Source: Bacillota bacterium (GTDB lineage: Bacteria; Bacillota; DTU025). Taken from it: a DNA stretch of 64,000 nt. Location of the stretch: assembly GCA_050951805.1 (NCBI GenBank), contig JBMNJT010000002.1, positions 1,216,001 to 1,280,000 on the forward strand. Direction: 5' to 3'. Shown in pieces: positions 1 to 9,488 of this stretch. The number at the start of each line of letters is the position of its first letter. The stretch's first letter is position 1. Both the position numbers and the translations under genes were made by a program. The notes under the pieces are model-generated. The model searched no databases. It was not told the origin of the DNA and was given only the letters and a program-made list of their open reading frames with translations.

Positions 1-868
1 GAGATTCGCGTCGAACTCCGATGTATTCTCCGCTGTCTGCGGAGCCTTAGCCTTTGTGCTGCGTTCAGTCGATGCCGTCCCAGACCTGGAGCCTGTTAAG
101 CCCACAGCAGGATGGGGCCAGACGGGTGCAGTATCTAGGCAATGGCGGGGGCCGGGCGCCTCATATGGAGGTGAGCCTCAACATCTTACCATCTCGTCAT
201 GGGATCGGGAGAGCGCGTTCCGTGAGGTGAGGCCTGCGTCCGGACTGGGCGTTGCTCTTGGGCTGGCTCCGGCAAGATCAGGCCTTGCAGGCGCGGTCCC
301 TGAGGTTATTGGACAGCTGGATGATACGTATATTCTTGCGCAAGGTGCCGAAGGCTTGGTCATAATAGATCAGCATGTCGCACACGAACGTATTTTGGTG
401 GACAAATACCGGGAGGAATTCGCGAAGGAGAAGCCGTCTGTCCAGCTCCTTCTGACACCTGAGATCGCAGAGATAGGCGCGTCGGACGTGGAGATCGTGG
501 CCAAACACGGAGACGTTCTGTCGAGAATGGGTTATGATCTAGACCTGTTCGGTGCGACCTCTGTCGTGATCAGAGGAGTCCCCTCTCAGAGCGCCGGGGT
601 GCCGCCGGCAGAGTCGCTCATGGCCGCCATCGAAGGGATTGTCTCGGCGCCTTCAGGGTCTGATCCCGGATTGCTGGCAGATCATATCGCGGTGTCGCTT
701 GCATGCCGCGGAGCGGTGAAGGCAGGCGATTCTCTCACTATTGCTGAAATGAAGTCTCTTGTGGAGAGGTTGTTCGAATCTGAGGATCCCTATCGGTGTC
801 CGCATGGACGGCCCGTGGTCGTGCTAGTGCCGGGGGATGCGTTGGCAAGGAGTTTTGGGCGCAAGTAA
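1..868 (+). CDS. mutL: DNA mismatch repair endonuclease MutL, C-terminal part (5' end outside window)
   Basis: DQHVAHER endonuclease motif, ACRGAVKAG, CPHGRP; context upstream of miaA. Confidence 0.95.
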   Translation, partial: RFASNSDVFSAVCGALAFVLRSVDAVPDLEPVKPTAGWGQTGAVSRQWRGPGASYGGEPQHLTISSWDRESAFREVRPASGLGVALGLAPARSGLAGAVPEVIGQLDDTYILAQGAEGLVIIDQHVAHERILVDKYREEFAKEKPSVQLLLTPEIAEIGASDVEIVAKHGDVLSRMGYDLDLFGATSVVIRGVPSQSAGVPPAESLMAAIEGIVSAPSGSDPGLLADHIAVSLACRGAVKAGDSLTIAEMKSLVERLFESEDPYRCPHGRPVVVLVPGDALARSFGRK

Positions 869-1219
869 ACCGCCCCACGCCGAAAGGCAGGGGATTACTG
901 ATTGGTGCACTGTGGCTGATGGTTAGGCAAAAGTGGTGAATAGAACACCTCACGTTTACGAGGCCTATGGGTACGTCACACCTAAAGCATGCTAGATCTC
1001 GAGAAGGGTGTTTGGAGGGCCAATAGGGCACATAGCGTGTCCATGGGTTTCAGCTATTTGACAAGGTTGAGTATATGTGCCTTGTCTTCGCAAGACGTAT
1101 CACAGGCTATTGTGACATTTGGCACAAGGATCTCGGCATCGGCCAATGCTGTACGAAAGGAGGGAAAACGCTACTTCCCCCCATATCTGAGTGAGGGGGT
1201 CTTTGTAGCGTGACATTTG
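865..1219 (+). mobile_element. Non-autonomous, internally deleted IscB-type IS200/IS605 element (PATE-like) with eroded iscB fragments
   Basis: 5' end GTAAACCGCCCCACGCCGAAAGGCAGGGG like omega-RNA/HEARO 5' hairpin; fragments YGYVT, GFQLFDKVEY, ARRITGYCDI; 3' hairpin AAAGGAGGG..CGCTACTTCCCCCC..GGGGGTCTTTGTAGCG homologous to 22278-22345; followed by ATGAA. Confidence 0.75.
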
Positions 1220-2065
1220 ATGAAGGACGTTGGCCGTATTGCCGTGACTACATCCGCGCGGGGCGGACGCCATCAGGTTGATCTTGGAATAAGACTTGCA
1301 CACGAGCTTGGTGCGCCTTTCATAACGAGGGCAGGGAGATCGTTGCAATCTCTTGCGGACGCTTACAGCGAGGATGGTCGTGGCGAGCTGGAAGCGTTCA
1401 TGGTTGTTGAGGCGGACAGGATAAGCGTTGTGAGGTTGGCGGATGCGGGCAGGCGCAGTGCGGAGTTGTTCTTCCATCCCGGAATGGCCTTGTCGAGGAT
1501 TCGTCGACTGAAGCAAGGTGGAGTAGACCAGATGGTTGAGGCCATGGGAATATCCTCTGGCGATCACGTGCTCGACTGCACGATCGGCTTGGCGTCAGAC
1601 GCTATAGTCTCTTCATGGGTTGTGGGAAGCCGTGGACGGGTTGTGGGAGTGGAGGTCAGTCCGGTTCTTTCCATTATCACCCGTGAGGGGCTCACGAGCT
1701 ACACCGAGGCAGATCCAGACGTCCTAGATGCAATGAGGCGCATAGAGGTGGTCGCCTCAGATCATCTGGACTATCTCAGGTCATGTGCAGACAAGAGCTT
1801 TGATGTAGTCTCCTTCGATCCCATGTTTAGGGAGCCAGTGACGTCATCCGCAGGTATTGCCCCCATACGGCCCTGGGCATGCCACACGCCACTTTCCGTG
1901 GAAGCGCTTTCGGAGGCTTGCAGGGTGGCACGCAGACGTGTCGTCGTCAAGGACAGGGCGGACGGGGATGAACTTGACAAGCTGGGCGTGGGCCATAAGA
2001 TCGGGGCAAAGAAGAGTCGGCAGGAATATGGGGTGATATTCGTTGAAGGAGAGCGAAAGGACTGA
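1220..2065 (+). CDS. Class I SAM-dependent methyltransferase (RsmJ/SAM_MT-like)
   Basis: FFHPGMA, VLDCTIGLASDA, FDPMF motifs; usual position between mutL and miaA. Confidence 0.85.
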   Translation: MKDVGRIAVTTSARGGRHQVDLGIRLAHELGAPFITRAGRSLQSLADAYSEDGRGELEAFMVVEADRISVVRLADAGRRSAELFFHPGMALSRIRRLKQGGVDQMVEAMGISSGDHVLDCTIGLASDAIVSSWVVGSRGRVVGVEVSPVLSIITREGLTSYTEADPDVLDAMRRIEVVASDHLDYLRSCADKSFDVVSFDPMFREPVTSSAGIAPIRPWACHTPLSVEALSEACRVARRRVVVKDRADGDELDKLGVGHKIGAKKSRQEYGVIFVEGERKD

Positions 2066-3122
2066 CCGGGTAAGGGAGGCGTCTCGGGGAGAGAGCGTCG
2101 GGGATGGTATAGGCCGAGTGGGAAATGGGGCTGGGCATCCGGGTGAACCTGACTTTCAAAGAAGGCCGCCGCTTCTCGTCATAGTCGGCCCCACCGCTGT
2201 CGGCAAGTCCGCAGTTGGCATGGAGCTTGCGCGCAAGCTTGGAGGGGAGATAGTGTCAGCCGATTCCATGCAGGTCTACCGGGGCATGGATATTGGCACA
2301 GCTAAGCCTTCCCAAGCGGAGCGGGCGGAGATCCCCCATCACCTTATAGATGTCGCTGACCCCGACGAGATCTTCTGTGTAGCCCGGTATCAGGAGATGG
2401 CCAGGGAAGCCATACGCGACATAGCGGCTCGAGGGAGACTGCCAATCATGGTGGGTGGGACCGGGTTGTATGTGGACGCGGTTGTCCGCGGTTTCCTATT
2501 CCCCGATGAAGGGCGAAATCCCAACATACGCCGCCGTCTTGAGAGAGAGGCTGAAGTGACAGGGAGCCCGGCGTTGCACGTTCGTCTTGCCGAGGTGGAC
2601 CCTGTTGCGGCAGAGCGAATACACCCCAATGACCTGAGGCGAATAGTGAGGGCGTTGGAAGTTTACGAAGTGACCGGGATGGCCATATCCGAGCTCCAAC
2701 GCAAACACGAAGGAGAGAGCGAGTTTGACACGGTCATCTACGGACTGCGCATGGCGCGCCAGGCGCTAAACAAGCGGATAGACGACCGTGTGGACATTAT
2801 GGTCGAGCAGGGCCTGATCGACGAGGTTCGCTCGCTGATGGAACACGGCTATGATCCGAGATACACTGCAGTGCAGGCTATAGGATACAAGGAGTTTGCC
2901 TTGTACCTTGCCGGGGAGGAGAGCCTCGAAGAGGCGATCGACACATTGAAGCGGGAAACGAGGAAATATGCGAAGAGGCAGATGACATGGTTCCGCAGGA
3001 ATCCCAACATACGTTGGATCGATGTGGAGTGTGGCAGAGGGCCTGAAGATATTGCAGATGAAATCGCAGCGTCTATTGAGAGCTGGCTCAAAGGAGTGGG
3101 ATTTTCTGTTGGATCGAAGTGA
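2043..3122 (+). CDS. miaA: tRNA dimethylallyltransferase (true start probably downstream of 2043)
   Basis: GPTAVGKS, DSMQVYRGMDIGTAKP, VGGTGLY, YAKRQMTWFR. Confidence 0.97.
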   Translation: MKESERTDRVREASRGESVGDGIGRVGNGAGHPGEPDFQRRPPLLVIVGPTAVGKSAVGMELARKLGGEIVSADSMQVYRGMDIGTAKPSQAERAEIPHHLIDVADPDEIFCVARYQEMAREAIRDIAARGRLPIMVGGTGLYVDAVVRGFLFPDEGRNPNIRRRLEREAEVTGSPALHVRLAEVDPVAAERIHPNDLRRIVRALEVYEVTGMAISELQRKHEGESEFDTVIYGLRMARQALNKRIDDRVDIMVEQGLIDEVRSLMEHGYDPRYTAVQAIGYKEFALYLAGEESLEEAIDTLKRETRKYAKRQMTWFRRNPNIRWIDVECGRGPEDIADEIAASIESWLKGVGFSVGSK

Positions 3123-4389
3123 AGTGGCCCACATTCTCGGGGTCGATGACGATATCATGGAATTGGCTTCCTGCGTACACGAAGAAATATCGGACGAGAT
3201 AGCGACAGTAAATTCGATATGCAGAATTAATACCGCTCGGGTGCTTGAAGCCTTAGCCAAGGCAGGCCTGAGCGACTATCATTTTGGGGGCACGACAGGG
3301 TATGGCTATGACGACATCGGGCGTGACTGCCTTGAAGAGGCATTCGCACACGTATTCGGCGCCGAGTCGGCATTGGTGCGAATACAGATTGTTTCGGGAA
3401 CCCATGCGTTGGCAGCAGTCATCTTCGGTGTACTCCGCCCCGGGGATCTTCTGGTGTCGGCCTTTGGAACGCCTTATGACACAATGGTCACCATGATCGG
3501 ACGGGACAGGCCGGTGCGCGGATCTTTGGCAGAATACGGCATAGATTACCTTGAGGTGCAACCTGCCGCCGATGGTGGGCCTGACTTCGAGCAAATTGCG
3601 AGCGCTTCAAGGGGCGCCAGGATGGTGATGGTGCAAAGGTCTCCAGGATACTCGTGGCGAAGGTCCCTCGGCATTGATGAGATTGGCAGAATCGCTAGAT
3701 GCGTCAAGGAGGCTAACCCTAAGGCTATAGTCTTTGTCGACAATTGCTACGGCGAGTTCGTGGAAACTCGGGAGCCCACCGCTGTCGGCGCTGATGTGGC
3801 GGCTGGTTCGCTCATAAAGAACCCTGGCGGAGGCATTGCTCCGTGCGGAGGATATATTGCAGGACGCGCCGATATAGTGGAGATGGCGGCGGAACGGCTA
3901 ACAGCCCCCGGACTAGGCTGTGAATGCGGCCCGAGCCTTGGATATACGCGTCAGCTGGCTCAGGGTCTCTTCATGTCTCCACTGATTGTGGGCGAAGCGG
4001 TCGCCGGCTCCATCTTCGCGGCGGCCTTCCTAAGTAAGCTGGGATATGAGGTTTCACCCTGTCCGGGCCAGGCACGTCACGACATAGTACTTGGCGTAAG
4101 GCTTGGATCGGCAGACGTGGTCTCCTCATTCTGCCAAGCAGTCCAATCGGCGTCTCCGGTTGATGCAGCTGTTCGTCCCATAGCAGCGCCGATGCCAGGA
4201 TACGCAGATGAAGTCATAATGGCCGCAGGCGCTTTTGTCCAGGGATCGTCAATTGAACTTTCCGCAGATGCGCCGCTTCGGCCGCCTTACGACGCATACT
4301 TGCAGGGCGGACTCATCAGGCATCAGGTCGAATTTGCCATGCTCAAGTTCGCGCAGGATGTGAAGGAGAAAGCTAGAAGTAGGGAGTAG
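3109..4389 (+). CDS. Methionine gamma-lyase family / aluminium resistance protein (YnbB-like)
   Basis: GYGYDDIGRD, VSGTHAL, VDNCYGEF, GSLIKNPGGG; TTG start after AAGGAG. Confidence 0.9.
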   Translation: MDRSEVAHILGVDDDIMELASCVHEEISDEIATVNSICRINTARVLEALAKAGLSDYHFGGTTGYGYDDIGRDCLEEAFAHVFGAESALVRIQIVSGTHALAAVIFGVLRPGDLLVSAFGTPYDTMVTMIGRDRPVRGSLAEYGIDYLEVQPAADGGPDFEQIASASRGARMVMVQRSPGYSWRRSLGIDEIGRIARCVKEANPKAIVFVDNCYGEFVETREPTAVGADVAAGSLIKNPGGGIAPCGGYIAGRADIVEMAAERLTAPGLGCECGPSLGYTRQLAQGLFMSPLIVGEAVAGSIFAAAFLSKLGYEVSPCPGQARHDIVLGVRLGSADVVSSFCQAVQSASPVDAAVRPIAAPMPGYADEVIMAAGAFVQGSSIELSADAPLRPPYDAYLQGGLIRHQVEFAMLKFAQDVKEKARSRE

Positions 4390-4425
4390 ACGATAATAGC
4401 CTGTGCACGTGTTGCCAATTGAGTA

Positions 4426-5676
4426 TTGGAGGTTGATTGTCCCATGTTGCCTGCGAAAAAGTCGCGCACGAGCCTTTGCGCTATCGCCTTTCTTTGCATT
4501 ATGGCGGTTTCACTGGCAGCGCCGCATGGCGCAGATGCCGTTTGGGCAGCCGAGACGGTACGCAGCCTACTTGAGCTCCCAAGTGCCGATCGGGCTCTGG
4601 GGAATAACGATGGTGCAACCCTCGATTGCCTTGTAATACAAGAATCTGGTCTTGCAGTGGCTACGCATGTTGTTGAAGTGGATCTCGTTGCGGGCATGAA
4701 CAAGGTAAGAGTTGCTGGCGTTTCCGACACAATACAGTGCGGCGCTGCCGAGATCATTTCGGGTACCGTCCCATTTACTGTAGTATCTGCGGCAACAAAC
4801 AGGGCTGCCGGGGAGCTCATCTTCAGTGTGAAGGCTGAAACCGCGTCCCATGCAGTCTTCAGGGTGGCCTACCCGCTGTCAGGGCTCACATGGAGCGCAT
4901 CCTACAACGCGGTGCTGGAGCCTACTAAGGACGCTGCTGGGATCTGGGGGTGGTATTCGATACATAACGAGACAGACTGTGATCTCGCACCGGCTAGGAT
5001 AGTCTTGATGGGTGGATCCACTAATCCTCTCGGGTCAAAGCCGGGCTTCAAGGGGGATTCTGCTCTGGGGAAGACGGTTGCGACAATAGATTCTCCTGAG
5101 ATGATTCCAGCGGGTTCGCAGCGGAATATCAGGTTTGCCGGCGGAGCGGCAGTGCCCGCGCGCCTCGTTTATGTAGTTGATTGGGGACCGATGGCGATAC
5201 TCGATTCTTCGTCACAAGGAAAGGGCGAGCGTCCCGTCATGCTCGGCTTGGAGTTTTCGGCGTCCAAGGAGACCGGGTTGGCGTACCCTCTTCCCGGGGG
5301 ACGCATATCCGTCTTCAGCCTATCTTCGGATGGGACGACATTTTTCCTCGGCGAAGACCTTGTTTCCCCGTGCCAGAGCGGAACAACACTCATCGCGAAG
5401 GTGGGGCCTGCTGTTTTGCTTACTGCGGAACGGACTCGCACAGATCAGCGCAAGGTGGGCACGAGCAGTTGGGAGGAGGCCTACCAGGTGAGGATAGCGA
5501 ACGCCGGAACGGCGAGTGTCACCGTCATCAACGTGGAGGAGTTTCCGGGGCAGTGGACTATTCTTCAAAGCAATATTCCAACTCCTCCGATCGTCTCGGG
5601 GCGGGCGCAGTTCAGTGTCAATGTTCCCGCAGGCGGGCAGGCAAATATTCTTTTCAGGGTTAGATACACACTTTGA
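4426..5676 (+). CDS. Exported DUF4139-like protein
   Basis: Signal peptide; GLTWSASY, GWYSIHN, GLAYPLPGGRI..FLGED motifs of DUF4139 family. Confidence 0.65.
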   Translation: MEVDCPMLPAKKSRTSLCAIAFLCIMAVSLAAPHGADAVWAAETVRSLLELPSADRALGNNDGATLDCLVIQESGLAVATHVVEVDLVAGMNKVRVAGVSDTIQCGAAEIISGTVPFTVVSAATNRAAGELIFSVKAETASHAVFRVAYPLSGLTWSASYNAVLEPTKDAAGIWGWYSIHNETDCDLAPARIVLMGGSTNPLGSKPGFKGDSALGKTVATIDSPEMIPAGSQRNIRFAGGAAVPARLVYVVDWGPMAILDSSSQGKGERPVMLGLEFSASKETGLAYPLPGGRISVFSLSSDGTTFFLGEDLVSPCQSGTTLIAKVGPAVLLTAERTRTDQRKVGTSSWEEAYQVRIANAGTASVTVINVEEFPGQWTILQSNIPTPPIVSGRAQFSVNVPAGGQANILFRVRYTL

Positions 5677-6542
5677 GGAGTGGTTCGGCCTTGCACTCTT
5701 TTCCCCGTGGCGCCGTGGTAAGTAATTCGTCAGGCACATGCATTGCAATAGAGAAAGACATGGCTAGCCAGTTCGTGGGGGTCATTCCCGAGCCCGAGGA
5801 GGCTGTCTCCCGTATTGCCCGGAATCTGCAGCTGGTTTACGGGATCGGTCCGGTGAGGGAGGCTGGGCTTAAGGAAGAGGGCTATGCGACCCTTTTCGAT
5901 CTGCTTTCCCATGAAAAATGGGGCCAGGGAGCCCGTCCTATCGTGGAGGCTCTCGAGCGCGCTGATGGATGGGAGCTTTTGCGCTACGGGGTGCCTGGTC
6001 TGGATATTTTGGCCTTTTGCGCCCCCGAAGAAGTTGTTTTCCTCGACATCGAAACAACCGGGCTTTCCAGCACCTCGGCACTGTTCATGGTGGGCATGAT
6101 CATTCCGTCGGAACGAGGCCTCATCCTGCACCAACTCTTCGCCAGAGAATATGAAGAGGAGCCTGCAGTTATCGAGGAGACGCTCGCGCGGCTCGCGGAC
6201 GCGCGGGCGGTTGTAACCTATAATGGCAAGAGCTTCGATATGCCGTTTCTTCTGAGGCGCCTGGCTTACTATGGACGGGAAGACAACCCGCATGCTGCCA
6301 TCGTCGATCTTTGCCCCCCGGCCAGACGCAAATACTCCTTTTCCTTGCCCAATTGTCGACTCTCCACAATACAGACCATGGTCCTCGATGTTCCAAGGGA
6401 CGGAGACATCCCCGGTTCGCTCATTCCCGGGCTCTACAATGACTGGGTCAGGACGGGAGATGCGGAGAAGATCATCCCCGTGCTCGACCACAATGAACTC
6501 GATCTTGTTGCCATGGTTGATCTCCTTCCTTTGCTCATCTGA
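5673..6542 (+). CDS. RNase H-like (YprB/RNase_H_2) 3'-5' exonuclease with helix-hairpin-helix; start possibly 5760
   Basis: LVYGIGP HhH, FLDIETTG, YNGKSFD, HNELD. Confidence 0.85.
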   Translation: MRSGSALHSFPRGAVVSNSSGTCIAIEKDMASQFVGVIPEPEEAVSRIARNLQLVYGIGPVREAGLKEEGYATLFDLLSHEKWGQGARPIVEALERADGWELLRYGVPGLDILAFCAPEEVVFLDIETTGLSSTSALFMVGMIIPSERGLILHQLFAREYEEEPAVIEETLARLADARAVVTYNGKSFDMPFLLRRLAYYGREDNPHAAIVDLCPPARRKYSFSLPNCRLSTIQTMVLDVPRDGDIPGSLIPGLYNDWVRTGDAEKIIPVLDHNELDLVAMVDLLPLLI

Positions 6543-6547
6543 ATCCG

Positions 6548-6577
6548 GCATAATTCCCCCCAAGTCTCATATAGATG
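6548..6577 (+). promoter_or_regulatory. Possible sigmaE-type promoter for spoIVA
   Basis: GCATAAT-N13-CATATAGAT upstream of spoIVA; imperfect match. Confidence 0.3.
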
Positions 6578-6666
6578 TAGCGTCTGAGAGCAGGTACAAC
6601 CCACGTGCATCCTGCAGGGGTGTGAGGCCGCCTCCACCCGGACTCGATGCGAGGGAGGGCGAATGG

Positions 6667-8145
6667 ATGGAGAAGTTCGATATCTTCCGGCACATTGCGG
6701 AACGCACGGGGGGAGACGTGTACATAGGTGTCGTCGGTCCGGTGAGGACGGGCAAATCTACCTTCATATCGAGGTTCATGGACCTCATCGTTCTGCCGAA
6801 CATGAAGGACGCCTACGAAAAGGAGCGGACCCGCGATGAGCTGCCCCAGAGCGGCGCCGGAAAGACCATCATGACGACTGAGCCCAAGTTCGTCCCGGGC
6901 GAGGCGGTAGAGATCACGCTGGGGGAGAACATCAAAGTGGCTGTCAGAATGGTGGACTGCGTAGGTTACACGGTTCCTGGGGCGCTGGGGTATGAAGAGG
7001 CTGACGCTCCCAGAATGGTACGGACCCCCTGGTACGAAGAGGAGATCCCTTTTCAAAGAGCAGCTGAAATTGGCACGGAGAAGGTGATTCAGGAACACTC
7101 TACTATCGGGTTGGTGGTCATAACAGACGGTTCGATTACTGAGATCGGAAGGGAAGCATACATCGATGCTGAGAGAAGAGTTATAGCGGAACTGAAGGAG
7201 CTGGGAAAGCCGTTTATAGTTGTCTTGAACTCTACGCATCCTGAAGCGGAATCCACACGTACCCTTGGAGAGGCTTTGGCGCGAAGTTACGACGTGCCGG
7301 TCATACCCGTTGATTGTCTCAACATGTCTACGGCCGACATCATGCAGGTGCTCGGCGGCGTGCTGTATGAGTTTCCGATTCGCGAGATCAGTGTAAAGAT
7401 GCCTGAATGGGTGGTGGAGCTGGAGGATTCGCACCCTGTTCGCACGGGATTCGTCTCCATAGTACATGAGGCGGTCAGCGCAATTGATAAAGTGCGAGAT
7501 GTTTCTGAGGCAGTGCGGATTCTCGGAACGGCTAAGAATGCCGAGTCAGCGACGGTGACCCTTCTTGACATGGGCACCGGTAGGGTATGGATCGAAGTTA
7601 CTGCTCCCAAGTCGCTTTTCTACGCTGTGATATCCGAGATGAGCGGACTGGAGGTGGCCGGAGATTCCGATGTCATCAGGATGATGCGCGACTTGACACA
7701 TGCAAAGCGAGAATACGATAAGGTTGCTGTGGCGCTTGAACAGGTCAGAACGACAGGATACGGTATAGTTGCGCCATTTCTGGACGAGATCTACTTTGAA
7801 GAGCCCGACATAATCAGGCAGGGTAATCGGTGCGGGGTCAGGCTCAAGGCGATGGCGCCCTCGATCCATATGATAAGGGCGGACATAAGGACGGAAGTCA
7901 CCCCGCTCATGGGGACTGAAAAACAAAGCGAGGAATTTGCGGAGCAGATAGCTGAAGATTTCGCGGAGAACCCGTCGAAGATATGGGAGACCGAGTTCCT
8001 CGGAAGGTCGATGCAAGACTTGATACGCGAAGGCATCGAGGCCAAACTGGCACACATGCCCATTCACGCTCAGGAGAAACTTCAAGAGACATTACAGAAG
8101 ATCGTTAACGAAGGCAGCGGAGGTCTGATCTGCATAGTACTCTAG
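6667..8145 (+). CDS. spoIVA: Stage IV sporulation protein A
   Basis: MEKFDIF start, GVVGPVRTGKSTFI, MTTEPKF, C-terminal NEGSGGLICIVL. Confidence 0.97.
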   Translation: MEKFDIFRHIAERTGGDVYIGVVGPVRTGKSTFISRFMDLIVLPNMKDAYEKERTRDELPQSGAGKTIMTTEPKFVPGEAVEITLGENIKVAVRMVDCVGYTVPGALGYEEADAPRMVRTPWYEEEIPFQRAAEIGTEKVIQEHSTIGLVVITDGSITEIGREAYIDAERRVIAELKELGKPFIVVLNSTHPEAESTRTLGEALARSYDVPVIPVDCLNMSTADIMQVLGGVLYEFPIREISVKMPEWVVELEDSHPVRTGFVSIVHEAVSAIDKVRDVSEAVRILGTAKNAESATVTLLDMGTGRVWIEVTAPKSLFYAVISEMSGLEVAGDSDVIRMMRDLTHAKREYDKVAVALEQVRTTGYGIVAPFLDEIYFEEPDIIRQGNRCGVRLKAMAPSIHMIRADIRTEVTPLMGTEKQSEEFAEQIAEDFAENPSKIWETEFLGRSMQDLIREGIEAKLAHMPIHAQEKLQETLQKIVNEGSGGLICIVL

Positions 8146-8308
8146 CTGCCAGCTGCTTTAGCTACGTCTGGAGCCGTAGATGGCACGGCGGTGTATCTGA
8201 CCGCATCGCCCGGTCCTGTTTGATATGGCCATTTTCGAAAGCCCTTGAGGCGGAAGTAATAAAGGCTTACGTCGCGGGAAAACATACTGATGGAAGGGGG
8301 CTGAGGAC

Positions 8309-8581
8309 ATGACCAAGTCAGATCTTGTGGATTCGGTTGCCGTCAAGACAGGAATGACAAAGAAGGACACTGCAAGAACAGTAGACGCGATCCTTGAAAC
8401 CATAAAGGAGCAGCTGAAGGCGGGAGAGAAGGTGCAACTCGTCGGCTTCGGCAGCTTCGAGGTGAAGAAGAGAGAGGCAAGGGTAGGAAGGAATCCCAAG
8501 ACCATGGAGGAGATACGAATTCCGGCCAGGAATGTCCCGGTGTTTAGAGCGGGAAAAGAGTTGAAAGAGTCGGTTCTCTAA
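8309..8581 (+). CDS. hup: DNA-binding protein HU
   Basis: VQLVGFGSFEV, GRNPKT, 90 aa. Confidence 0.97.
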   Translation: MTKSDLVDSVAVKTGMTKKDTARTVDAILETIKEQLKAGEKVQLVGFGSFEVKKREARVGRNPKTMEEIRIPARNVPVFRAGKELKESVL

Positions 8582-8698
8582 GCAATGCCCCGATGTCGCC
8601 AGAAAGAAAGGGCGGGGCCCGGTCGGTGACTGACTCGGGCTCTGTGGGGTGTGTGCGACCTGCTGTGATCGTGTTTCAAGCGTAGCTTGCAATGACAG

Positions 8699-9469
8699 CT
8701 ACGCTTTTTTCGGTCGTCCATCAGAGAAATCGAGGTCAACATAGGCCGACTTCTTCCGGGCCGCCTGTCCCATGATCAAGCCTACAAGGACGTCCGGAAG
8801 GAACTCCTCCAGAACCATCTTCCCTTCAGCATGAACGAAGAGCGGTTCCCATCTGCGGTATCCGGCGTTTCTGTACTTCGCTTTGATGATGCAGGTGTCA
8901 GAATCCGCAGTGATCACCTCAGCTTGCACGATCAGCCATGTTTCCGGATCGACATAGAGCTTCCAGCGAAGGGGGGAGGCGGTTCCGGGACGGGAAATGG
9001 CCGATATCACCCACCCATCGTTGCTATGCCCATCTTCAAAGCGCGGCGTAACCGATGACTGTCTTGCGGTGCTCGGTCGGGCTAAGACAGAAAGCGTGTA
9101 ATTCTCAGACACGAATTGAGCTGGGTCGATGAATATTATGCCCTTCCTGGGACGAATGGTCACGCCGAGCCATTTGACTGCAAGGTTGTTGGGGCGGGAG
9201 GCTAACACCTGTACATTGGCGGTCAGGACATTTCGTCCGCCCAGATACACTCGGGCAGTTGCAGGGAGCTCGAAGCTGGTCAGGTTCTCTTGAGCACGCA
9301 ACATGTTGTCGAGAACCATCTGTGCCTCGTCAACCCCATTTCCGGCGGCACCTGTGGCGGCCGAGAACCCAACAAGTCCGCACATCACAACAAGCAGTGT
9401 GACCGCGTACGCAGGTAACATGCGATCATACCTGCCTAGAAAGCTCTTGTTCGCACTGAAAAGCTTCAT
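8699..9469 (-). CDS. Exported protein, possibly LolA/RseB-like fold
   Basis: Signal peptide, beta-rich body with KLYVDPETWLI motif typical of LolA-like proteins. Confidence 0.45.
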   Translation of the reverse strand: MKLFSANKSFLGRYDRMLPAYAVTLLVVMCGLVGFSAATGAAGNGVDEAQMVLDNMLRAQENLTSFELPATARVYLGGRNVLTANVQVLASRPNNLAVKWLGVTIRPRKGIIFIDPAQFVSENYTLSVLARPSTARQSSVTPRFEDGHSNDGWVISAISRPGTASPLRWKLYVDPETWLIVQAEVITADSDTCIIKAKYRNAGYRRWEPLFVHAEGKMVLEEFLPDVLVGLIMGQAARKKSAYVDLDFSDGRPKKA

Positions 9470-9488
9470 TTATCGCCACAACCTTAAA

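Noticed and set aside
6271-6666. N-terminally extended 624-aa SpoIVA
   Set aside because: The extension overlaps the upstream gene; the conserved start MEKFDIF with an RBS is at 6667.
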